A stretch of 64,000 nt of DNA from Hypanus sabinus (lineage: Eukaryota): positions 22,010,001-22,074,000 of the forward strand of contig NC_082716.1 in NCBI RefSeq assembly GCF_030144855.1. The letters run 5' to 3'. Shown here one piece after another: positions 1 through 10,758 of the stretch; the stretch's first letter is position 1, and every line of letters starts with the position of its first letter. Both the position numbers and the translations under genes were made by a program. Under the pieces are notes generated by a model, which ran no database searches, was not told the DNA's origin, and saw only the letters and a list, made by a program, of their open reading frames with translations.

Positions 1-710
1 TCTGCCACTGTCTGGAAGGAATTTGTGTGTTCTCCCTGTGATTGTGTCGGTTTTCCCTGGGTGCTCTCACTTTCCAAAGATGTACGGGTTAGTAGGTTAA
101 TTGGTCACATGGGGTGATTGGGCAGCACAGTCTCATTGGGCTGTAAGGGCCTGTTACTGTGCTTATCTCTAAATAAGTGAAGTCGATTTGACAAGGAACT
201 TTAGATTTTAGTGCCTTGGCAGCTAAAGACCGGGACACCAATTGTGCAGCAGTGAAATTCAGTGTGAACTAGGATCAATCATTCATTATGTGTCATGTCG
301 TATAATGTGGGTGATCATGGTCTTTCCATGATTGCCCTTGGCAAATTTTTCTACAGAAAAGGCCTTTGCCTTTTTCTGGGCAGTGTGACCCAGCCATTAT
401 CAATACCCTTCAGAGATTGTCTGCCTGGTGTCTGTTGTCACATAACCAGGACTTGTGAATGGCACCAGCTCCTGATATGACCATTCACCATCTGCTCCCA
501 TGGCTTTATGTGACCTGGACTGGGGGCTAAGCAGGTGCTACAGCTTGCCCAAGGGTGACCTGTGGGCTAGCGGAGGGAAGGAGTGCCTTAGGTCTCCTTT
601 GCTAGAGAAATACCTCCACCCCGCCACCCTGAACTAGGTTAAAAGTCGTCGGGTTTACCGCGCTGTATCACTAAATAGATAAATAAATGGTTACCAAGTA
701 ACCTAGTCAC

Positions 711-814
711 CTGTGTGAGGTCAACACCACAGCTCTTCCTTCTCGGATAATGTCAAGCAGACAGTTCCAGAGGAATCGCCGAGTCTTTGGATCCATCCCA
801 GTAGTTGGCTCATC
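711..814 (-). CDS. ABCA4: ABCA4-like exon 46 (Walker B DE, D-loop, H-loop)
   Basis: 104 bp, TTAG/GTGAC; [34 protein letters not shown](S). Not in the ORF track. Confidence 0.95.
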
Positions 815-904
815 CTAATGGAACATGTAAATATCTTAGAAAAGGTAACCATGACACAGACACATTTTGATGATTACATGATCAGGAAAGAATGGAAGAA
901 TGGC

Positions 905-3191
905 CGATTGTTTCGGAAGGCTCATCATGAGGCACATCAAGACCCTGCTGCCCCCCTCACTGGACCCCCTGCAGTTTGCGTACCGTCCCAACCGCTCAAC
1001 AGACGACGCCATTGCCATCACCCTCCACCTGGCCCTAACCCACCTGGACAATAAAGACACGTACGTTCGGATGCTGTTCATAGACTTCAGTTCAGCATTC
1101 AACACAATCATCCCTCAGAAACTGATTGGAAAGCTGAGCCTACTGGGCCTGAACACCTCCCTCTGCAACTGGATCCTAGACTTCCTGACTGGGAGACCTC
1201 AGTCAGTCCGGATCGGGAGCAGCATCTCCAACACCATCACACTGAGCACAGGGGCCCCCCAGGGCTGTGTGCTCAGTCCACTGCTGTTCACTCTGCTGAC
1301 CCACGACTGTGCTGTGTTATGTACCCGTGACATATGACAGTGGTGTACTTGTCACGTGACTGGGGTTGAAGCTATACTGGACTTGAGGTAATGGTCTTGT
1401 GATGGTAGAGTGACGTCATTTTCCCGCCAGTAGAGGTCATGTGACAGGTTTTTTTTACAGGGTATAAAAGGAGGACCCCTCCCTGTGAGGAGGGGCAGTT
1501 TGTGGCTGGATTTGCCATGTTGACTTCATGCCACTGCGTGATTTAATGTTATGACGCAGTTTAGTTGAAAGATGGAGTTTTATTTAGTGCCTAAAGTTTA
1601 AAAGGTCATTGCCAGCAGTTTCTTTACAATACTGCTAGTTAAAAATCAGTGGAGAGTGAAGATCGGAGTTCGGGAGGTAAAAGATCAAGGAAAGTCAATT
1701 TTGACGGTGAAACAGGTTCGACCTTGTCTGATCCTCATTCGGAAGGAATTCGTTGACTGTCCCTGTGTTAATCCCTGTGAATAGCAGAAGGGATTGGGAA
1801 CAGTTTTGTCAAGGAAAGGTCAGTGCTTTTAAGCCGTTTCATTTCATCTTTGTAAATTCTTCGTGTGAAAAGTACAGTTCAACTGGGAACCACAGCAAGA
1901 CGATGTGAAAGAGAAATTAAATCATCTTAAAAAGTCTCCCTTAAATGGACTGTAAGCATTTTGAACTGTTGCAATACTACTTTGAAGAACTGTTTTTGCA
2001 ACATCGCTTTAAGAACTGTTTAAGCTTCATCGCTTTAAGAACTGTTTAAGCTGCCGCACAGCAGCTGATTTCCGGTTACGTTAGTGATTTGTTTACTTTT
2101 GGGGGGGTTTGTTTTTCAGTGTTTAATAAATGTTTTATTTGTTATAAAACCCCCTGCCTCACTCATATATTTATTGTTGCTGAATCCGTAACAGCTGCAA
2201 CACACAGCTTGAACCACATCATCAAGTTCGGCAACGACACGACCGTGGTGGGTCTGATCAGCAAGAACGACGAGTCAGCTTACAGAAAGGAGGTACAGCG
2301 GCTAACGGACTGGTGCAGAGCCAACAACCTGTCTCTGAATATGAACAAAACAAAAGAGATGGTTGTTGACTTCAGGAGGGCACGGACCGACCACTCCCCG
2401 CTGAACATTGACGGTTCCTCTGTAGAGATCGTAAAGAGCACCAAATTTCTTGGTTTTCACCTGGTGGAGAATCTCACCTGATCCTTCAACACCAGCTCCA
2501 TAGCAAAGAAAGCCCAGCAGCGTCTCTACTTTCTGCGGAGGCTGAAGAAAGTCCATCTCCCACCCCCCATCCTCATTACATTCAACAGGGGTTGTATTGA
2601 GAGCATCCTGAGCAGCTGCATCACTGCCTGGTTCGGAAATTGCACCATCTCGGATCACAAGACCCTGCAGCGGATAGTGAGGTCAGCTGAGAAGATCATT
2701 GGGGTCTCTCTTCCTGCCATTACAGATATTTACACTACATGCTGAACCTGCAAAGCAAACAGCATTATGAAGGACCCTACACACCCCTCATACAAACTCT
2801 TCTCCCTCCTGCTGTCTGGGAAAAAGCACTGAAGCATTCGGGCTCTCACGACCAGATTATGTAACAGTTTCTACCCCCAAGCTATCAGACTCCTCAATAC
2901 CCAGAGCCTGGACTGACACCAACTTACTGCCCTCCACTGTGCCTATTGTCTTGTTTATTATTTATTGTAATGTCTGTACTATTTTGTGCACTTTATGCAG
3001 TCCTGGGTAGGTCTGTAATCTAGTGTAGTTTCTTTATGTGTTGTTTTTACGTAGTTCAGTGTAGTTTTTGTACTGTTTCATGTAGCACCATGGTCCTGAA
3101 AAACATTGTCTCGTTTTTACTGTGTACTGTACCAGCAGTTATGGTCAAAATGACAATAAAAAGTGACTTGACTTGAGTTGAGTTGACTTGA
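905..3191 (+). mobile_element. Rex1/Babar-type LINE, 5'-truncated, interrupted by a solo LTR
   Basis: RT motifs [52 protein letters not shown]; stop at 2479-2481; 3' AATAAA plus (GACTT)n tail. Confidence 0.9.
1315..2193 (+). mobile_element. Solo LTR (879 bp, Gypsy/ERV-type)
   Basis: TGTTATG...CGTAACA termini; 4-bp TSD GCTG (1311-1314, 2194-2197); removal restores the RT frame HDCAATH; TATAAAAG 1463-1470; AATAAA 2125-2130. Confidence 0.9.
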
Positions 3192-3944
3192 AAAGTTAAT
3201 TTGCCCAAGGAGGTTGCTAGCACCAAATCAACGTTGAATTTGAAATCGATGATTTTCTTTCCCGGGCCTTGTTCTTCATTATGAGCACAGTACATACACC
3301 CTGCTATATCCTCCTCCTGGGATTCAGTTCCACTGAAGTTTACAAACTTCTGTCCTTCGCTCTATGTCGGCTGATGGTGTAGTGGCAGCTGCACTGGTCT
3401 TCAAGCAAGTGGCCCCAGATTCACATCTTGCATGCGTTCCATCCGTGCTGGGCTGATGTCGAGTTAGCAACTCAGGCTCATAATAAACAGACAAAAGAGA
3501 AAGGACAAAAAGCGCTGCTCCCTTGCACCACAAGGCGTGGAGAGGGACAACGCATCCTTTTCTCTCAGCTGGTTGAGAATCTGGCAAATCCTGTTTTGCT
3601 GCTCGCTCCTATCGACCAAAACAAGGTGTTGATGTTGAACCTTCCCCTTGACGTACTGCCAAGGGGTGATGAGTCCCAGAAACAGTGCCCTACCCCATCC
3701 CAGGAGACTAACCTAATGACAATGCAGGAACAAGAGGAACTGCCCCTATGCTAAACGGAGCGCAACTTGGATTTGTGTGTGTATTCCCAGAGCATTGTTG
3801 CTCCAGCCCTTTGAAGAGATACAAACGTTCTTAAGTACATCTTTGCATCTACACCAGCAACAAGAGTATGTACCACTCGGCTCAAGGACTGCTTCTATCC
3901 TGCTGTCATAGGAACATCAAATGTTCCCCTAATATGATAAGATG

Positions 3945-4270
3945 GCTTTAATCGTGTGGATAGTCAAAGGCTTTTTCCAGAGGCTGGAATGGCTGGCGTG
4001 AGAGGGCACAGTTTTAAGGTGCTGGGAAGTAGGTACAGAAGAGATGTCCGGGTTAAGTTTTTTACTCAGAGAGTGGTAAGTGCGTGGAATGGGCTGCCGG
4101 CAACGGTGGTGGAGGTGGATACGACAGGGTCTTTTAAGAGACTCCTGGACAGGTACAAGGAGCTTAGAAAAATAGAGGGCTATGGGTAACCCTAGGTAAT
4201 TTCTAAAGTAAGTACATGTTCAGCATAGCTTTGTGGGCCAAAGGGCCTGTAGGTTTTCAATGTTTCTATG
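3945..4270 (+). mobile_element. CR1 3' fragment (others at ~5270-5512, 13110-13295, 17190-17810(-), 34580-35130(-), 50290-50830(-), 54960-55430(-))
   Basis: RGHSFKV..FFTQRVVSAWNGLP..FKRLLD C-terminal CR1 ORF2 motif. Confidence 0.8.
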
Positions 4271-5719
4271 ACTCTTGACCTCACAATCTTCCTGGTTATG
4301 TCCTTGCACCAACCTTGTCCTGCGCTGCGCTTTCTCGGTGCCCTCGGTGTACTTACTCTGTTATTGCTTTACCTAGTTCTAGCTTAATGCACTGATGCAT
4401 TGAATTGATCTGAGTGAACAGTGTGCAAGGCAAGCTGTTCACTGTAAGTGTGACAATTATAAACCAGTTTACCCATTTACATATAACTATACCAGCCTTG
4501 TTTCTCTCAGACACGTTATTGGGAATATTCCAATTCTCTCTCTATAGGAGAGATTCTGAACATCTGACAATCTGATTCTGAGAACGGTAAAGTTTTATTA
4601 CATTCTGCTCAGATGTTTCAACAGAGGCGGAAGTATATATTATGTAGTTTTTTTTTTAAAGGGGTTTTAAAGTGGTAACATCTTTTTCTTTATGGTCCAA
4701 TTCCCATCTTGCAACTCAACACACAGGAGGTCCTAGATACCAAGCCTAAAACAGTAGATGCCATTATTGCCTCCATTCAGATAGATTTTCTCCACTCGTG
4801 GAAAGGGTTAATCAGCCAGGTTCCCATTGACAGGTGTCTGCCTTATCCATTCTCTGTTCCACACCTGCCCCCAGCCCAGTCCCAACCCTACACCAACCCC
4901 ACCCCAAGCCAAATCATTCTCGCACTCCACTCCCACACCTCATGTTGCACCCAACCCAATCTAACCACCCTTACTTCACTTCTCCTCCTTGACAAGCCCA
5001 AGTCCACCAACAGCACCTATCTTTCAATTAAAATTAAATTTAGCTCATGCAGGAAACACAATTTCACTCTCTGGGTACACGGCTGAGGGAGTGCTGATCC
5101 GTCAGAGTTTCACCTGTCAGGTGAAATGTTAAGCTGAGGCTCAGCCTTCCCTTCCAGACGAATGTAACACATCCCACAGCACTCTTTCAGAGAACCACAG
5201 AGGTGCACCTGGTGTCCCAGCTAACATCCTGTGTGTAAGCAGATTATATAGTCATCATCAGATTTCTATTTGAAGAAGGTTTTTAGCCAGAGGGTGGTGA
5301 ATCTGTGGAATTCATTGCCACAGACAGCTGCGGAAGCCAAGTGCTTGGGTGTGTTTGAAGTGGCGGTTGATAGATTCTTGATTAGTCAGAGTGTTAAAGG
5401 CTACGGAGAAGGTGGGGGAATGGGGTTGAGGGGGATAGTAGATCAGTCATGATGGAGTGGCAGAGCAGACTCAATGGGCTGAATGGCCTAATTCTGTTCC
5501 TATGTCTTATGGAGTTTGCTGTGTATAGGTTGGCAATGATGTTCCAACACCATGAACTCTTTAAATGTACCTCTGAAGTTGTGGGGGTCTTTAAGACATA
5601 CTGAGATTGCGAAGAGCACTATTTAAGCAAAATTTTTTTGCACTGAGTTGTTAATCAGACAGTTTAATTCTGGTGCCAGCCCCAAATGTCAGAATGTAAA
5701 AAGCCTCAGAGTTTCCTAC

Positions 5720-5854
5720 CAGCAGCACCACCGGAGGGCAGCCGATGAGGGCAATGGCCGTGGAGAGTTTGCGTTTGTTGCCCCCGCTGTATGTCCCAGC
5801 TGTCTGGTCTGCATACTCAGTGAGGTCCAGTTTCTCAATTGCCCAGCTGGCCAC
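5720..5854 (-). CDS. ABCA4: ABCA4-like exon 45 (ABC signature)
   Basis: 135 bp, CTAG/GTAGG; [45 protein letters not shown]. Confidence 0.95.
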
Positions 5855-6499
5855 CTAGAACGAGATTAACAGAAACTGAGCACCTTACATACAGAGCTTG
5901 GCAGGCGACCCTGCTCTGAGAAGTGCAGGAATGTCCTCCCTCAAGCCCGTAGGCTTGTCCCTTCGGTAGTGTGAAAGTCACATTCTATTCACTGGAGTCT
6001 GCTGTTGTGCATGTGTGTGCATTCAGTCAGCACTGTTATATACATGTAGCTTGTTTAAGAATAAAAGATACATCTTAATCATTGTTTCTTTAAGAAGAAA
6101 TGCATCACCAGATCGTGGAGTGAGGAGCAAACAGATTGCTGGAGGAACTCAGGGGGTCAAGCAGCATCCGTAGGGGGAAGAGGATTATCAACTTTTCAGT
6201 TGGAAATGTGCACTAGGACCATGTGAGACCTAATGCAGGGTTTCAACCTGAGAAGTTTCTGATCGGTCCCTCATAAGAACTTCAGTTGTGGTAATGAGTT
6301 CCAGACCTGAAATGTTGACCATTTTTCTTTCCGCAGGTGTTGCCTGATCTGCTGAGTTTTTCCAGCATCCAGATGGAGATTCAGGTGTACAGTGAAATGC
6401 ATAACAACCCAAGGATGTGCTGGGGACAGCCCGCATGTGTCACCACACATCCCATTGCCAACAATGTTTTGCTTTTATTTCAATATAATCACACTTTCC

Positions 6500-9065
6500 T
6501 TGAGTCCACAATCTGCCAAGGGGCAGGTCAGTGGCATTCAGGCTTTGTGACCAAGTAAAGTACAAGAGGTCTAGGTATGATCGCTCGAAAGCCATTTTAT
6601 CTGCTAAGTGGCAATTCTGGACCAAACTTGAATCACCGAAGGCTGCTCAACATTAGTAGCAGGGCTTGAATACAGTCCCCTCATATAAAATAAAATCAAG
6701 CGACATCGACGCCAACAAGGCTTCACTCCCAGATGAGCTCAATGCCTTTTATGCTACCTTTGATCATCAAATCATTGAGGCATCTTTGCAAATTCTCAGA
6801 GCCTCTGATGACTCTGTGATTTCAGGCTATGTCCACACTAGACCAGATAATTTTGAAAATGCCGGTTTCGCGTAAAAACGGTAGGCGTCCACACCAAGCG
6901 TTTTTGAAAATACCTCCGTCCACATTAAACCGGGTATTTGGGCAAATCTCCTCCTACTGCACATACACAGGGACACAATTACAGAAAACAAGCGACATGT
7001 TTGGTGTCAAACCTCGCCTGTGAAAGTGTGCGTTTGTGCAGTTACAGACTAGAAAAACTTAAAAGGAAATTGCCAAACGACGGACAGCTTTTGGCAGGAG
7101 GACTTAAAACTAAAAAAAAACAAATACTGGAGTGTATGGAGGCAACTGACAGGGAGTTCACAGACAGATTGACCCGGCTGATGACGAACATTGAAAAACT
7201 GATTAACTCTGTTTCATTAATAAAGCCCCTTGTTAAATGTATAAAACATGTCTGCATCAGTGTTACCTTGTATTTCCATACAATGTTACATTAGGCTGTT
7301 GCACATCTATTGTCAGAGAAGTACTTGCATAAATAGGTAAACCACCTTCATACGAGCAAGGACAGAAAACAGGGCAAAGTGAGTATACTTATTTATTCAG
7401 TAAGTTATGGGTCAAAGAAATTGGTGAGTACATTTCTAACTCTTCTGGCTTCAGTCTTGTTGCTGTGTGTTCTGAAGTTGTTAGGTTGTGCACTGCCACC
7501 TCCCTCTGTTCCAGCACGTCATGATAGTTTTTTTAGAAATCTCTGGTTACCCTGTCCACACTACTCTGCCCAATCGGCGTTTTCAAATTTACATACTCTG
7601 GTGGGTGTTTTAGAAAAACTGTTTTCAGGGGAGGAAAATGCCATTTCAGTGTGGACAGAGGGTCAAAACGAAGAGAAAAAGCTTCAGTTATGGATTTATC
7701 CGGTCTGGTGTGGATGTAGCCTCAGTCTCTGAGGCTGGCATGGGAGTATCCTTCATGAGGGTGAACCCACAGAAAGCATCAGGCCCAGATGGCATACCAG
7801 AGTACTAAAGACTTATGCTGATCAACTGGCTGGAGTGTCCACTAATATTCTTAACCTCTCACTTTGGCAGTCTGAGATACCCACTTGCCTCAGGTAGACT
7901 TCAATTGTACTGGTGCCTAAGAAAACCTGCCTCAGTGACTATCATCCATTGTGGTGGAGTGCTCTAGGATGATGCTGATGAACCATATCAACACCTGCTT
8001 GAGAAGCGACTTGGATCTGCTCCAACTGACCAACCATCACAACAGGTCAACAGCAGGTGCCATTTCATTGGCTCTTCACCCAACCCTTGAACATCTGGAC
8101 AGTGAAGATGGATGCATCATTATGATCTTCATTTACTACAGCTCAGCATTCAATACTATCATTCCCTCAAAGCTAATCAATAAGCTTCAAGATCTTGGGC
8201 TGAATACTTCCTGTGCACCTGGATCCTCGATTTCCTCACTTGCAGACCCCATTCAGTTAGTATCAGCAATACCTCCTCACAATCACCATCAGCACAGGTG
8301 CACCACGAGGTTGCGTGCTTAGCCTCCCTGATCTACTTGGTTTATACGATGACTGGGGGACTAAGCAGAGCTCCAATTCCATATTTAAATTTGCCGACCT
8401 ACCAATGTCATTGGCAGAATCAAAGGTGGTGATGAATCAGTATATAGGCGCGAGATTGAAAATCTGGTTGACTGGTGCCACTATAACAGCCTCTCACTCA
8501 ATGTCAGCAAGGTCGAGGAGCTGATTTTTGATTTCAGGAGGAGGAAATCAGAGGTCCATGAGTCAGTTCTCATTGAGAGGAATCAGAAGTGGACAGGGTC
8601 AGCAACATTACATTCCTTGGTGTTATCATTTCAGAGGATCTGTCTGGGGTCAGATTATGAAGTGCTGCTATGAAGAAAGCACGGCAGCACCTCTACTTTC
8701 TTAGACATTGAGGAGGATTCAGCATGTCGCCTAAAACTTTGACTAACTTCTATAGATGTGTGATGGAGAGTATATTGACTGGTTGCACTTTGGCCTGGTA
8801 TGAAAACACCAATGCCCTTGAACGTAAAAGTGTACAAAAAGTAATGAATATGGCCATCACAGGTAGAGCCTTCTTCACTAATTTTTCTTCTTATATTTAA
8901 CAGTTTGTTGTCTTTCGCACATTGTTTGTCCGTCCTGTTGGAGTAACCTTTCATTCTACTGTGTTTCTTGTATTCACTGTGCATGCCCACAAGAAAATGA
9001 ATCTCAGAGTTGTATATGGTGACATACAATAACTGTAAGCTGATAATAAATTTACTTTGAACTGA
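6500..9065 (+). mobile_element. Degenerate Rex1/Babar LINE hosting a DNA transposon
   Basis: Frameshifted RT peptides [29 protein letters not shown]; tail GATAATAAATTTACTTTGAAC; boundaries approximate. Confidence 0.8.
6825..7721 (+). mobile_element. PIF/Harbinger-type non-autonomous DNA transposon
   Basis: TIRs GGCTATGTCCACACTAGACCAGATAA / TTATCCGGTCTGGTGTGGATGTAGCC; 3-bp TSD TCA (6822-6824, 7722-7724); removal restores the host LINE peptide DSVISVSEA. Confidence 0.88.
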
Positions 9066-9222
9066 ACAGAGCTGACATGCATTGAGATTTATTAACAACC
9101 CCATTAGCCTGTCCCATCCTCTCCTTCAGCCTGCAGTGTATCAAGCCATTATTCCTATAGGGCACCAGTGGCCCTTTCACAGCTACCATAAGCAGTATAA
9201 TAGTGATCGCTGGGAAAATTAC

Positions 9223-9364
9223 CTGGTCGATCTCATCTTCCGGAACACCGCGCAGACGAGCGTAGAGCAAGAGATGTTCGCGGCCTGTAAGGAGGTCATC
9301 GATTGCATCACACTGAGGGCAATATCCCATGTTCTGGTGAACGTCTTCAATGTGGGTAAGAATG
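9223..9364 (-). CDS. ABCA4: ABCA4-like exon 44 (Q-loop)
   Basis: 142 bp, CCAG/GTAAT; (S)[47 protein letters not shown]. Confidence 0.95.
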
Positions 9365-10017
9365 CTGGGAGAAAGGGTCACGAAACAGCGATGGAGTGCA
9401 ATGAAACAGCAAGGCTTAGGATTGCTAGCAAAGTCATTAAAGGCAGCATATTTTGTTCTTCTACGTGTTCATTTAAAACAGCCTGATGGAAGGTGCTTGG
9501 AGGTTTCCACAAACGGACTGTAGAAAGCATTCTAACTGGTTTCATCACCGTCTGGAATGGAGGCATCAAATCATAGGACCGGAAAAAGCTACAGTGGGTT
9601 GTAAACTCAACTCAGTCAGCTCTGTCATGGACACCAGCCTATGATAGAGCGACTCTTTCAAATATCCTTGCCTCAAAAAGTGGAATCTAGCATTCAGGAC
9701 CCCCACCACCATAATCTGCTTTTATCTCATTCCTGCCATTGGGAAGGGCATGCAGGAGTCTGAGGATGCTCACTCTGCATCTTATGAACACCTTCTTCCT
9801 CTCTGCCATCAGATTTTCAAATGGTTGCTGAACCCGTGAACACTACATCACTCTTTTTGCTCTCTTATTTTCACTACTTATTTAATTTTTTAACATTCAC
9901 AGTTATTGCTCTTTGTAATTTATAGTATATCTTATAAATTGCACTGAACTGCTGCCATAAAACAACAAATTTTGTGACTTATGTCATTGATAAACCTGAT
10001 CCTGAGTAATTTTCAAA

Positions 10018-10265
10018 AGGGTGGCATTGGTTAGCACAACGCTTTACAGTAGCAGCGACCCGGGTTCAATTCCTTCCGCTGCCTGTAAGGAGTTTGTACG
10101 TTCTCCCTGTGACCACCTGGGTTTCCTCCCACAGTCTAAAGACATACTAGTCGGTAGGCTAATTGGCCATTGTACTGTGATTAGGCTCAGGTTAGATCAG
10201 GGGTTGCTGGGTGGCGCAGCTCGAGGGGCCAGTAGGGCCTGTTCCGCGTTGTATCTCAATAAATG
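10018..10265 (+). mobile_element. tRNA-derived V-SINE (HE1-like); other copies at ~1-175, 14455-14590, 15810-15910, 25690-25930(-), 28265-28495, 29120-29395, 41000-41255(-), 41990-42200
   Basis: Pol III B-box GGTTCAATTCC followed by core GGAGTTTGTACGTTCTCCCTGTGACC..GGTTTCCTCCCACA and an AAAT tail. Confidence 0.8.
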
Positions 10266-10299
10266 AAAAAAAGGCATCTAGGAGTGTGTAGAAATGTAC

Positions 10300-10406
10300 C
10301 TGTAGCCTGCGATCGAAGCTTCACCCGATGTGGGATGTATGTCCCCGGTCAGCACTTTGAAGGTGGTTGTTTTTCCAGCACCATTGACACCCAGAAGCCC
10401 AAAGCA
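10300..10406 (-). CDS. ABCA4: ABCA4-like exon 43 (Walker A of NBD2)
   Basis: 107 bp, TTAG/GTACA; [35 protein letters not shown]. Confidence 0.95.
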
Positions 10407-10502
10407 CTAAAGTACAGCGGAAAGGATAATGAGCAAATGTAATGACTAGTTTGTGAACGTGTGCAATTAGCTTTCAATATTCATGTGGAGTTTGAAACAT
10501 AC

Positions 10503-10565
10503 CTCTCCAGGCCGAACACCTACACTGATCCTATCAACAGCCGGCTGGGATTTCCCTGCGTAATA
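10503..10565 (-). CDS. ABCA4: ABCA4-like exon 42
   Basis: 63 bp, ACAG/GTATG; YYAGKSQPAVDRISVGVRPGE. Confidence 0.95.
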
Positions 10566-10640
10566 CTGTGGGAACAGAATTCAACCTCAGTTACTTTCTA
10601 ACATCCATCCCCTTTAATAAGCTGACCGGGTTCCACTCAC

Positions 10641-10758
10641 CTTGGTCAGTTCCTTTATTTTCAGTATGTCATACTTGACTTTGGTCTGAATCCTTTCACG
10701 CTCCTTTGCCACATCATCATCTTCTTCAATGGCAGGCAAGTTGCTGAGAGTTATTGGC
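10641..10758 (-). CDS. ABCA4: ABCA4-like exon 41
   Basis: 118 bp, ACAG/GTGAG; PITLSNLPAIEEDDDVAKERERIQTKVKYDILKIKELTK (EDxDVxxER motif). Confidence 0.92.

Noticed and set aside
3660-3700. Hammerhead-like GTGATGAGTCCCAGAAAC
   Set aside because: C3 is missing and no stem II can form; unrelated to the PLE motif.
10018-10090. tRNA genes at GGTTCAATTCC motifs
   Set aside because: These are heads of tRNA-derived SINEs followed by the V-SINE core; no cloverleaf or Pol III terminator.
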